Below, in pieces: positions 19,667 through 28,125 of a DNA stretch of 64,000 nucleotides (its first letter is position 1; each line of letters begins with the position of its first letter). A model generated the notes under the pieces. That model saw only the letters and a program-made list of their open reading frames with translations, was not told the origin of the DNA and made no database searches. Made by a program: the position numbers and the translations under genes. The DNA comes from a bacterium (GTDB lineage Bacteria; UBA8248): positions 3,456,001 to 3,520,000 of the forward strand of contig OY843592.1 of the NCBI GenBank assembly GCA_963692865.2, given 5' to 3'.

Positions 19667-20597
19667 GAGACTCCTCCCAGCAAATGCCGCGGAATGCACA
19701 GCGTTGGCAGGTTTCTGCGTGGACGGCGGACCGAAAATCACTAACACATAGATCGGTGTATTTGCTGCCTTCGGTCAAACAGGCAATTTCATAGGCAGAG
19801 CTAAGCATATATTCCTCTGCCTCTATGATTTGTTCTTTCTCAAGTGAGTGTTTCCTTACGACGTTAGTCAGGAGTTGGACTTCATAGAGCGCTGACTCTT
19901 GAGGTTGCATTTCAAAGCCACTTGGAAAATCTTTATGCGGCTTACAACGGCTGAGCGCGATGGCGTAGATTGCTAATTGTAGCCAGGCATCATTCGTGCC
20001 GAACGCATGAACTTTCCAGTCAATGATCGCTGGTGGAGCATCGTCCCGAAACGCAATCGCGTCTGGATAGGCGAGTACCGTCACGTCGTCCATTAACGTG
20101 AACTGAAGCGCACGCTGTGTGACGATGTAATCGGATGAAGCGAAGATGCATTTGATAGCGTCTGATGTAAATAGGTTAACCAGAGCTGTTTCAATCTCAC
20201 ACCATGCCTGCTCGATTTCATTCTCTGGAAGTTCGCCTTTGTATTCCATGGCGTGAAAGACTGCGAAATCATCTCCCTCCTTAGATACCTGCAGACTTAA
20301 ATCGTTGATTGGATGCCGCTTGGCATAGACTAGCTGCCGGTCGAATAAGGCACGGGCGCGAGTCTTTGCGTCTTTCAGTGTGATACGTAAGTCGCGGTTG
20401 AGATTCGGTATGAGCGTATTTGATATCACGGTATCGACGATTCTGCCGCGCCAAGCGCTGATACTTTGAAGTTTACCGAGTAAGTAGGCACGCTTTCGGA
20501 ATGAATCCTTAGCCTTTGGGCTTGCGGCGATGTTTTTGAAAAACCATTGCCGCTGACACTTCCGAAACGAGCGGCTTGCTGAATATGACCACCGCAT
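19656..20597 (-). CDS. Cas4/RecB-like PD-(D/E)XK nuclease with Fe-S cysteine staple
   Basis: N-terminal WSYS..C; PD...DWK; QLAIY; C-terminal CxxCx5C. Confidence 0.85.
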   Translation of the reverse strand: MRWSYSASRSFRKCQRQWFFKNIAASPKAKDSFRKRAYLLGKLQSISAWRGRIVDTVISNTLIPNLNRDLRITLKDAKTRARALFDRQLVYAKRHPINDLSLQVSKEGDDFAVFHAMEYKGELPENEIEQAWCEIETALVNLFTSDAIKCIFASSDYIVTQRALQFTLMDDVTVLAYPDAIAFRDDAPPAIIDWKVHAFGTNDAWLQLAIYAIALSRCKPHKDFPSGFEMQPQESALYEVQLLTNVVRKHSLEKEQIIEAEEYMLSSAYEIACLTEGSKYTDLCVSDFRSAVHAETCQRCAFRGICWEESHAH

Positions 20598-20956
20598 TAT
20601 TGCCTCCGCCTTCGCGACCGGATGAACTGCAGATATTCCACAAGCGCTTCCTCTTCTTCAGCTGTGACTGCACCAATGCGAGCGGCGAGAGTGTCAATAG
20701 TGAAGCGATGTTCGGCAGATTGAGCTACCGGGACCGGATAACCGGCAAGTTCCATCAAAAGCTCATAAGGTACGCGATATATCTCCGATAGCTTGTATAA
20801 ATTCTGTGGTGCTGGGGTTTTTATTTTCCCGTGCTCCAACTGGCTCAAATAGGCGCTTGATATCCCTGTTTCTTCTTCTACGGCCCGTAACGTAAGCTCT
20901 AGCTTGTTTCTTGTTGAGACCAGAAAGATTCCGAGTTTGTCTTTGGATTCTGACAT
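20597..20956 (-). CDS. XRE-family HTH repressor, CapH-like
   Basis: 'LTLRAVEEETGISSAYLSQLEHGKIKTP...LMELAGY...EEEEALVEYLQFIRSRR'; TAATG coupling to the Cas4-like gene. Confidence 0.85.
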   Translation of the reverse strand: MSESKDKLGIFLVSTRNKLELTLRAVEEETGISSAYLSQLEHGKIKTPAPQNLYKLSEIYRVPYELLMELAGYPVPVAQSAEHRFTIDTLAARIGAVTAEEEEALVEYLQFIRSRRRRQ

Positions 20957-21000
20957 AATGCTAAATATATTTATTGTTGCTAAATTTGTCAAGCAAATTT
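20957..21000 (-). promoter_or_regulatory. Sigma70 promoter of the Argonaute operon, probably leaderless, with operator-like repeats
   Basis: TTGACA(20992-20987)-17 bp-TATATT(20969-20964)-7 nt-ATG; AAATTTG-N5-CAAATTT palindrome over -35; TTTAGCA twice. Confidence 0.7.
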
Positions 21001-21403
21001 TTGACTCCCACCTGAGAGTTCCTCTATCCGGTTATTCCTTTTGATTTCGTTTGGATGGGGACTTGTGTCGGTATCTTGCCGATTCCGGGAGTCAATCAAC
21101 GAATCCTGTGCTAGATGCACATACCGGGCCATGGTCTCGCCATTATTTAATCAAGTAACGGTCAAGTTCTTTTCCTTCGCCCACCACGGCACATATCACA
21201 TCAACCTTGGACCGATGGGATCGTTAAGCATGACAATACCTTCATCATTAGTTCCTGCGACCGGCCGCAAAACCTGCGCGCTGTTGTGTGTCTCGATACA
21301 AAATCGTCCGCACACACCTGGGGTGTGTGTGCTCGAAAGAACGAGGAATTGGCTTCAGGTTCGGGTACTAGGTAAGCACCAGAACAGTGGTTATGAGAAT
21401 TAA

Positions 21404-21439
21404 TTGCGCAAAGGATTTAAAAATGATACTTTATGCGCA
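21404..21439 (+). promoter_or_regulatory. Promoter of abiE operon with TGCGCA boxes
   Basis: TTGCGC-17 bp-TACTTT-6 nt-ATG; TGCGCA at 21405 and 21434. Confidence 0.45.
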
Positions 21440-22242
21440 TGAAAATAAAATCACATCGCCTACATGCCAAAGATTATATCAGAGACCTTCTTGCTGCCGG
21501 GCGCTATCATTTTACTTCGAGTGACGCTCGCAAGGCGCTTGGCGTGTCTGCGGACGCCGCCAAACTTGCTCTGAACCGCCTAGCCCGGCAGAATATAATC
21601 GCTCAGCCCGCCCGGGGTTTCTACGTCATTGTCCCGCCAGAATACCGCTCTCTGGAATGTCTGCCTGCGGATCAGTTCATCCCCGCATTGATGCAGCGGC
21701 TCGGGCAGCCCTACTATTCCGGGTTGCTTTCCGCCGCACAATACTACGGTGCGGCTCATCATCGACCGCAGGAATTCCAGGTGTTGCTCGTTAAGGCACG
21801 CCGGCCGATCCATTGCGGCCGGGTGCGCGTGATCTTCATCGTCCGCAAGCGCCTCTGGAATGTCTCCGTGCAAACCTTCAACACCCCTCGCGGCACGATC
21901 CGGGTCTCTACACCGGAAGCAACGGCCGTGGACCTCGTCGGCTATTACCACCACGTGGGTGGGCTCGACCAGGTGGCGACCATCCTCTCCGAACTTGAAG
22001 AGCAGATCGATCCGGAAAAATTGGTGACGGCCGCGCAGAACGCGCCGATTACGTGGGCGCAGAGGCTTGGATACCTGCTTGAGCTTGTCAATGCCCACGA
22101 ACAGATCGTTCCTCTGAAAGCCTATGTCAAGAATGAAGCCCGGCGAACGGTTCCGCTTTTCCCAGCTACATCATCCGAAGAAGCGCCTCGCGATGCGAAC
22201 TGGAAACTTTTCATCAACGCCGACGTGGAGCCGGACCTATGA
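21433..22242 (+). CDS. abiEi: Type IV toxin-antitoxin AbiEi antitoxin
   Basis: 'RGFYVIVPPEY', 'YYSGLLSAAQYYGAAHHRPQEFQV', 'STPEATAVDL'; start may be 21439. Confidence 0.85.
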   Translation: MRMKIKSHRLHAKDYIRDLLAAGRYHFTSSDARKALGVSADAAKLALNRLARQNIIAQPARGFYVIVPPEYRSLECLPADQFIPALMQRLGQPYYSGLLSAAQYYGAAHHRPQEFQVLLVKARRPIHCGRVRVIFIVRKRLWNVSVQTFNTPRGTIRVSTPEATAVDLVGYYHHVGGLDQVATILSELEEQIDPEKLVTAAQNAPITWAQRLGYLLELVNAHEQIVPLKAYVKNEARRTVPLFPATSSEEAPRDANWKLFINADVEPDL

Positions 22243-23060
22243 TCCCGCGCGACTATATCACTGAGTGGAGGGCGCAGGTGCCGTGGGTGCAGGATTTCCA
22301 GGTCGAGCAGGATCTCGTCATCAGCCGGGCGTTGATTGCGATTTTCAATCACCCGCTCCTCAAAGAAGTGCTGGCCTTCCGAGGCGGTACGGCGCTTTAC
22401 AAACTCCACATTCATCCTCCGGCACGCTATTCGGAGGACATCGACCTTGTACAGCTCAGGGCCGAGCCAGCCGGGCCGATGATGAACGCGGTTCGGGAAG
22501 TGCTCGATCCCTGGCTTGGGAAACCGCAATACAAACAGACCGAAGGACGAGTGACCTTCAGTTATCGCTTCCAATCCGAGGATGTGCCGCCTCTTCAACT
22601 CCGACTGAAAGTGGAAATCAATTCGCGGGAACACTTTGCGGTCTACGGATACACGCGCCTGCCGTTCACAGTCTCTTCACGCTGGTTCGAGGGTAGTAGC
22701 GAGATCGCTACTTACGCGCTTGAGGAGTTGCTAGCCACCAAACTCCGCGCCCTCTATCAACGTCGTAAAGGCCGCGACCTTTTTGACCTTGCGGTCGCAC
22801 TTGAGGAATCGGTGATCGATCCGGATCGGGTCATTTTAGCGTTTTCGAAATATATGGAGCGAGGTGGTCACGACGTGACGCGCGCCCGGTTTGAGCAGAA
22901 CATCGAAGCGAAGCTGCGCGACCCACAGTTCAATGCCGATATCGGCCCGCTTCTCGCCACCGGGTTTTCCTGGGACGGCGAAGAGGCTGCGGCAACCGTC
23001 CGTTCCAGACTTATCGCGCGATTGCCAGGCGAGCCATGGAAGGGCGGCAACAGGGCCTAG
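22239..23060 (+). CDS. abiEii: AbiEii nucleotidyltransferase toxin
   Basis: 'QVEQDL', 'FRGGTAL', 'RYSEDIDL', 'KLRALYQRRKGRDLFDL'; ATGA overlap. Confidence 0.9.
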   Translation: MIPRDYITEWRAQVPWVQDFQVEQDLVISRALIAIFNHPLLKEVLAFRGGTALYKLHIHPPARYSEDIDLVQLRAEPAGPMMNAVREVLDPWLGKPQYKQTEGRVTFSYRFQSEDVPPLQLRLKVEINSREHFAVYGYTRLPFTVSSRWFEGSSEIATYALEELLATKLRALYQRRKGRDLFDLAVALEESVIDPDRVILAFSKYMERGGHDVTRARFEQNIEAKLRDPQFNADIGPLLATGFSWDGEEAAATVRSRLIARLPGEPWKGGNRA

Positions 23061-23347
23061 GAAACTTTAATGTAAATACGATGAGAAGATGTAGGAAGAA
23101 GGGCGATGTGGCATGTAATTGCGAGGATGACTACACAATCTTCCAACTCGGAACCGCCAAGCTCCGCAGAAGTTGTAATTGGTCTGATTTCGTTTTGCGA
23201 AGCAAGGACTGAAACGATTTTTGTGAAAATACATGATTCCCAATTTTATTAGCAGTATAGAAGGTTATCACCGCCAATACCCCTCACATCCATAAAGTGC
23301 GAAAACAGGCAACAAAATGTCTTTCAGTGATTAACATTCTGCTTGAA

Positions 23348-24451
23348 TCACTTGATGCTGATGAATCTGGCAAACGACCGATCACTCTGTTCGTATCGTG
23401 AGAGCGGTAACAACTGCTTGGGTCTAAAATCGGAAAGCCATTGAAACAGAAGACAGTGGCTCACTATCATAAGTTTTAGTGACACTTTCCAATGTGGTGC
23501 AAGTTTAGAGTTCATCATTACAGAAGAGTTTGCGCTGAGCGGCATGACCACTCTTTTGGCAGTCAAGGCCCTTACGGGATAGAGCAGGATCAGGATGTTG
23601 TAGGTCGTATCAAACGCTTCAGCGATACACTCGTGCTGCTCGCCGTTCATGTCGGCAATCGGGAGTAAAACGGGTTTTGTCATTTTGCGGCCAATTGGAA
23701 GCACCTGCCATAGAAAATGATCTGGTGTGACTACATCGATAGAAGGTCGCCCGAATTGAGCAAGAAAAGCGGGCGAGGGTTCAATTCGTCGCACAGGCGC
23801 CTGGAACCCGGAACCTTTAATTTTTTCCAGCGGTTCAAGAACAAAAACGACGCACGCTCTCTGGTTGGTTCGGGCAAATTCGCGAGTGGAGGCATAAACC
23901 GAAGCCCCGAATGTCTTGGCGAGTTTGATCGGTGTCTTGATCTCGAATGGACAATCGGCGGCGTATTCGGCAAAGGTGCTGCCTTTGAATAGCACAAACC
24001 GCGCATAGTTGTTGGCTTCACGCTCAAATTGGTCGGCGACCTCGGGCTCTAGAGTCCTTTTGCAGTCCTGGAAGAATTGAAACATCTTGCGATGGGTCGG
24101 CATATCGTGGTGCCCGGTTTCATGGAGCTTGAGAAAGGTCTGTTTTGATTCGACCACGGAATTATCGATATGGATGGCGGCATCACCGGCATCGTAAAGT
24201 CCGAATACCTTGGTTATCGCCGACTTGATACGAACACTCGTGTCGACAGTCTTGGTTTTAAGGTAAGAGAGTAAGGCTACGGGGTCGAAAATGTTAGTGG
24301 GAACAATATGGACCTTTGCCGCGGCAAGAATATCGTCGATCGGGACTGGGAACCGATCCCAGGCTTCCGCGCGGTCGAGAAGTTGTCGGGCTCGCCCCTC
24401 GACCACGCGTAGATCATCCGGGTCGAGAGCGCTGTCATCTGGTTTTGTCAC
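23348..24451 (-). CDS. capP: ImmA/IrrE-family metallopeptidase, CapP-like
   Basis: 'TFLKLHETGH', 'FEREANNYA'; GGAGG RBS before GTG 24451; overlaps the HTH gene. Confidence 0.8.
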   Translation of the reverse strand: MTKPDDSALDPDDLRVVEGRARQLLDRAEAWDRFPVPIDDILAAAKVHIVPTNIFDPVALLSYLKTKTVDTSVRIKSAITKVFGLYDAGDAAIHIDNSVVESKQTFLKLHETGHHDMPTHRKMFQFFQDCKRTLEPEVADQFEREANNYARFVLFKGSTFAEYAADCPFEIKTPIKLAKTFGASVYASTREFARTNQRACVVFVLEPLEKIKGSGFQAPVRRIEPSPAFLAQFGRPSIDVVTPDHFLWQVLPIGRKMTKPVLLPIADMNGEQHECIAEAFDTTYNILILLYPVRALTAKRVVMPLSANSSVMMNSKLAPHWKVSLKLMIVSHCLLFQWLSDFRPKQLLPLSRYEQSDRSFARFISIK

Positions 24452-24803
24452 GTCTCCGCCTCCTGCTACGTAAGAACTCAAGGTACTCCAGCAACTCGGA
24501 TTCCTCCTCCGGCGTCAAATTGTACTCGGCGAATGTTGCCATCCGGCCGTGTGGGTCATCGTTTGAACGTTTGGCTGACGACATGAGATAGCCGGCCCTG
24601 TCCATGAGGTTCTCGAAGCTGACGGCGTAGGTCTCGGCCAGGGTATGAAGGATGTTGGGCGAGGGTTTTTGGATTTTGTTGTTTTCGATTTGGCTGAGAT
24701 AGGCGTTCGATACCTGCTTGTTGGTTGCTTCCTCGACTTCGCGCAGTGTCATTTTGCGATCTGTACGAATTGAAGCGAGGTATTGTCCTAATGTCAGCTT
24801 CAC
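24435..24803 (-). CDS. capH: XRE-family HTH repressor, CapH-like
   Basis: 'MTLREVEEAT...SNAYLSQIENNKIQKPSP...EEESELLEYLEFLR'; GTG 24803 with GGAGGG RBS (alternative ATG 24818); divergent from the Ubl operon. Confidence 0.8.
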   Translation of the reverse strand: MKLTLGQYLASIRTDRKMTLREVEEATNKQVSNAYLSQIENNKIQKPSPNILHTLAETYAVSFENLMDRAGYLMSSAKRSNDDPHGRMATFAEYNLTPEEESELLEYLEFLRSRRRRRDKTR

Positions 24804-24866
24804 GATGATCCCCTCCATTGCAGGACGGTCAAAGATTCAATCTCCGGAGATGAGCTTGTAGTTAGA

Positions 24867-24946
24867 ATTCTAGTTCCGATTGCTGTCATGGTCAAGCGTG
24901 CTCAATTTATGCTTGACATAAATAGTATGCTATGAAATAATAGCAT
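24867..24946. promoter_or_regulatory. Divergent sigma70 promoters with palindromic operators
   Basis: Minus: TTGACC-17-TAGAAT (24895-24867). Plus: TTGACA(24913)-17-AATAAT(24936). Palindromes ATTTATG-N5-CATAAAT and ATGCTAT-N6-ATAGCAT. Confidence 0.7.
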
Positions 24947-24994
24947 CACTCTTGGGCCATGGTGGCGCAGAGATTTTCTGTTTAGGAGAAAACT

Positions 24995-25351
24995 ATGGAA
25001 ATATCGGAAAAACCTGAACTGGTGCAGGACGAGATCGATGAGTCAGGCGTGGAAATTGTCCTTGATGACATTATCGACCTCGAGGAATACGCGAAGCTTG
25101 GGAAACGCCCACCGCTGGCGAAGGGTTATCGCATCAAAATCAATGGTGACTCCTATGTCGTCCACGATCCGACGCCGACGGGCCGTGAGGTGCTGACCCT
25201 CGCCGGTTTGTTACCGGCGAAAGATTATACGCTCCGGGTTAAGCTCGCTGGTGAAAAGCCGAGGAAGGTGGAGCTTGACGAAAAGGTTGATCTCCGTCAC
25301 CGAGGCGTCGAAAAATTCAAGGCGTTGCCGCGAGATCAGACGGAAGGTTAA
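24995..25351 (+). CDS. Ubiquitin-like (multi-ubiquitin domain) protein ending in Gly
   Basis: 'YRIKING...TGREVLTLAG...VDL...GVEKF...QTEG*' beta-grasp pattern; AGGAG RBS. Confidence 0.8.
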   Translation: MEISEKPELVQDEIDESGVEIVLDDIIDLEEYAKLGKRPPLAKGYRIKINGDSYVVHDPTPTGREVLTLAGLLPAKDYTLRVKLAGEKPRKVELDEKVDLRHRGVEKFKALPRDQTEG

Positions 25352-25355
25352 TGCA

Positions 25356-25757
25356 TTGGTCCTTCGTCATCAGTTCGACTTGTTACCGCAAGACGAAGAG
25401 TTCCTGAAGGAGTACGGCCACCCCTGGGAGACCATCATCGATGGCTCCCAATGGGTGCTGATCCACGAGTTCCCAACCCACGAAGGGTACAATCACCCAT
25501 GTGTGACGGCGGCAATCCGAATGGAAACGGGATATCCGAACACGGAATTGCAAATGGTCTACTTCTTCCCGGCCTTGGCCCGCAAAGATGCCAAGATGAT
25601 CGGCGCAACCCAGGCTACGCAGACGATTGACGGGAAGAAATATCAACGCTGGTCGCGTCACCGTACTCCAGAAAATCCGTGGAGAGTCGGTCTCGACTTT
25701 TTGGACACGCATGTCATTCTGATTGAGGATTGGCTCGCACGGGAGTTTGAGAAATGA
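25356..25757 (+). CDS. Prokaryotic E2/UBC-like protein
   Basis: 'GYPNTELQMVYFFPAL', 'YQRWSRH...W'; TTG start after GGAAGG. Confidence 0.75.
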   Translation: MVLRHQFDLLPQDEEFLKEYGHPWETIIDGSQWVLIHEFPTHEGYNHPCVTAAIRMETGYPNTELQMVYFFPALARKDAKMIGATQATQTIDGKKYQRWSRHRTPENPWRVGLDFLDTHVILIEDWLAREFEK

Positions 25758-27169
25758 CCGTACCGATAAACCTTTCATTTTCAGGTGATCAGCATGAGCA
25801 TCTTAGAAGCTTCCTGTTTCCGGGCGACGGAAAGGAAGCCGTTGCTCTTCTCTTATGTGGCCGCCGCGCGGGTGATCGACGTGAGCGCCTCGTCGTCCGA
25901 GAGGTCCATGACATACCCTATGATTTATGCTCTGAACGCACTGCCACGCTCGTAACTTGGCCACCTGATTATATTGCGCCGCTACTCGATCGGGCGGCCG
26001 ATAAAGGCTTTTCAGTAATCAAAGTGCACAGTCACCCGAGCGGTTACTCTGCATTTTCTGCGACCGATGATGAAAGCGATGCTCGTCTGCTGCCGATATT
26101 CCGGGGCTGGGTCGAAGCGGATATTGCGCATGGCAGCGCTGTTATGCTTCCCGACGGGAAAATGTTCGGGCGCGTACTTCGTTCTGGCACTTCACTGGAG
26201 CAGATCAGCTGTATCAGCGTCGCAGGCGATGATCTTCATTTCTGGTACGCAGACACGGATAATGTGGAAGCACCAAGCTTCGTCGCTTCTCATGCGCAGA
26301 TCTTCGGCGAGGGCACGATTGAGCGGCTGCAACGTTTGTCGATAGCAGTCATTGGTGCTTCGGGCACCGGCAGTCCAGTTATCGAGCAATTGATTCGGTT
26401 GGGCGTAGGGGAGCTCGTAATTGTCGACGACGACCACATGGAAGACCGTAATGTCAATCGTATTTTGAATTCTACTGTGAAGGATGCGGCAGAAAAACGA
26501 CTCAAGGTCGACGTTCAGACGGACGCGATTGAACGGGCAGGTCTGAAGACCCGGGTGATCCAGATAGACCGAAATCTCTGGAATCCCGATGTCATTCGTG
26601 CCGTAGCGCAATGCGACGTTCTGTTCGGATGCATGGACAGCATTGATGGGCGTTTTTTGTTGAACACTCTGGCTACGCATTACACTTTGCCATACTTCGA
26701 TATTGGAGTAAGACTCCAAGCAGTACCGTTCGGGCCGGACATGGGACGTATTCGCGAGGTTTGCGGCACGGTCAACTATCTACGTCCGGGGAGGTCGAGC
26801 TTAATAAGTCGAGGCCTCTTCACGATAAGCGAAGTGGCTGCCGCGGGCTTGCGGCGCAACGATCCAGATGCGCACGATCAACAGGTGAAGGACGGTTACA
26901 TCGCAGGAGTAGCCGTACAACGCCCCGCAGTGATCAGTGTCAATATGTTCGGCGCTTCTCTCGCGGTCAATGAGTTTCTGGCGCGGCTTCACCCGTTTCG
27001 GGAGGAACAAAATCACAACTACGCCGCTGTTACGTTCAGTCTCGCGAGTATGGAATTGATCCCGGACCCGGAGGAAGGCATCTGCGAGATCATGGCTAAG
27101 AATGTAGGAAGGGGTGACGTTAAGCCACTTCTCGGGTTGCTGGAGCTGGCGGAAAGGCATGGAGCGTGA
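25754..27169 (+). CDS. JAB/MPN peptidase - ThiF/E1 fusion
   Basis: JAB: KEAV...VHSHP...S..D; E1: IGASGTGS, DDDHMEDRNVNR, GCMDS. Confidence 0.85.
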   Translation: MTVPINLSFSGDQHEHLRSFLFPGDGKEAVALLLCGRRAGDRRERLVVREVHDIPYDLCSERTATLVTWPPDYIAPLLDRAADKGFSVIKVHSHPSGYSAFSATDDESDARLLPIFRGWVEADIAHGSAVMLPDGKMFGRVLRSGTSLEQISCISVAGDDLHFWYADTDNVEAPSFVASHAQIFGEGTIERLQRLSIAVIGASGTGSPVIEQLIRLGVGELVIVDDDHMEDRNVNRILNSTVKDAAEKRLKVDVQTDAIERAGLKTRVIQIDRNLWNPDVIRAVAQCDVLFGCMDSIDGRFLLNTLATHYTLPYFDIGVRLQAVPFGPDMGRIREVCGTVNYLRPGRSSLISRGLFTISEVAAAGLRRNDPDAHDQQVKDGYIAGVAVQRPAVISVNMFGASLAVNEFLARLHPFREEQNHNYAAVTFSLASMELIPDPEEGICEIMAKNVGRGDVKPLLGLLELAERHGA

Positions 27170-27531
27170 CACGGCTGCGCTGCTTCGTCAGGCGAGTTTG
27201 GAAGTGGGCCGTGCATCGGTTCGTCCGCCCCTACCGAATGTTGGTTGTCGAAGAAACATTACCGGAGCGACTTGAGCGGCGCATCCTATACATAGTGCGT
27301 GAAGACGGGTTCAACGAGCAGGCTGCGTTGCTGTGTCCATGTGGTTGCGGTTCTATTCTCCACATTAACTTGCTACCCGATGAATACCCTTGCTGGCGTG
27401 TGACGCAGAATATCGATGGGACGGCGACACTCTACCCGTCGGTTTGGCGGAAAAAGGGCTGCGGCTCGCATTTTTGGCTCCGGAATGGTCACATCCAATG
27501 GTGTCAGGTAGCGAAACTATCTGCGCACTAA
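27166..27531 (+). CDS. DUF6527-family Cys/His protein
   Basis: 'LLCPCGCG', 'TLYPSVWRKKGCGSHFWLRNG'; GTGA overlap. Confidence 0.75.
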   Translation: MTRLRCFVRRVWKWAVHRFVRPYRMLVVEETLPERLERRILYIVREDGFNEQAALLCPCGCGSILHINLLPDEYPCWRVTQNIDGTATLYPSVWRKKGCGSHFWLRNGHIQWCQVAKLSAH

Positions 27532-28125
27532 TGGTGGTGCAGACAATCGTCAACTACTTTATACCCGAATAATTTCCCTTAACTTTACGATGGCCGATAT
27601 CTCCTACTCCTTGCTAGAGAGTGTAAGCGAATAGACCAGCATTCGTTCCGTAAGCAGGACCATGTGCACTCCGTCACAGGCGCGGACCGGAGCATTTGGG
27701 TAAAATTTACAGGTGTCTGAGCATGGTCACAATGAAGCCATTACGAGCTGAACTTTGGAGGATGCGTAAACGTTCATTCTGGCCGTGACAGATTAGGTCT
27801 CAGAACCAACCAGAGCCAAATTGACAGTGACCACTAGGAGAAGAAAGTCGATGTCGGTATGTCGTTCATCCACCCAGAGCACCTGAATATTCTGCCGAAT
27901 TAGATGGTGCCGAAAACATTAGGCCGGGCCAGTCACGTTTGGACAGACTCCGAACTACCACTGCTCGGCTGCTGTCATCACGGCTTGGATGAACGGATAC
28001 GAGGATGCTCCGACAAGTAAACGTTCGGCGACAGGGTGACGGCCTGCTTTTCTCATCCCGGATAATCGAGGAGATTCCCTTGCGGGGGCTGGTAACGAGA
28101 TTCGACATGTGCTAATCATGTCGGC

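Noticed and set aside
19667-19747. Longer 819-aa start for pAgo
   Set aside because: It overlaps the Cas4-like C-terminal cysteines; a strong RBS precedes ATG 19666
19656-20597. Cas4-like gene as part of a CRISPR-Cas locus
   Set aside because: No cas1/cas2 and no repeat-spacer array seen in the window; the gene is coupled to Argonaute instead
21041-21403. 120-aa ORF between the pAgo promoter and abiEi
   Set aside because: TTG start without RBS and no motifs; probably non-coding
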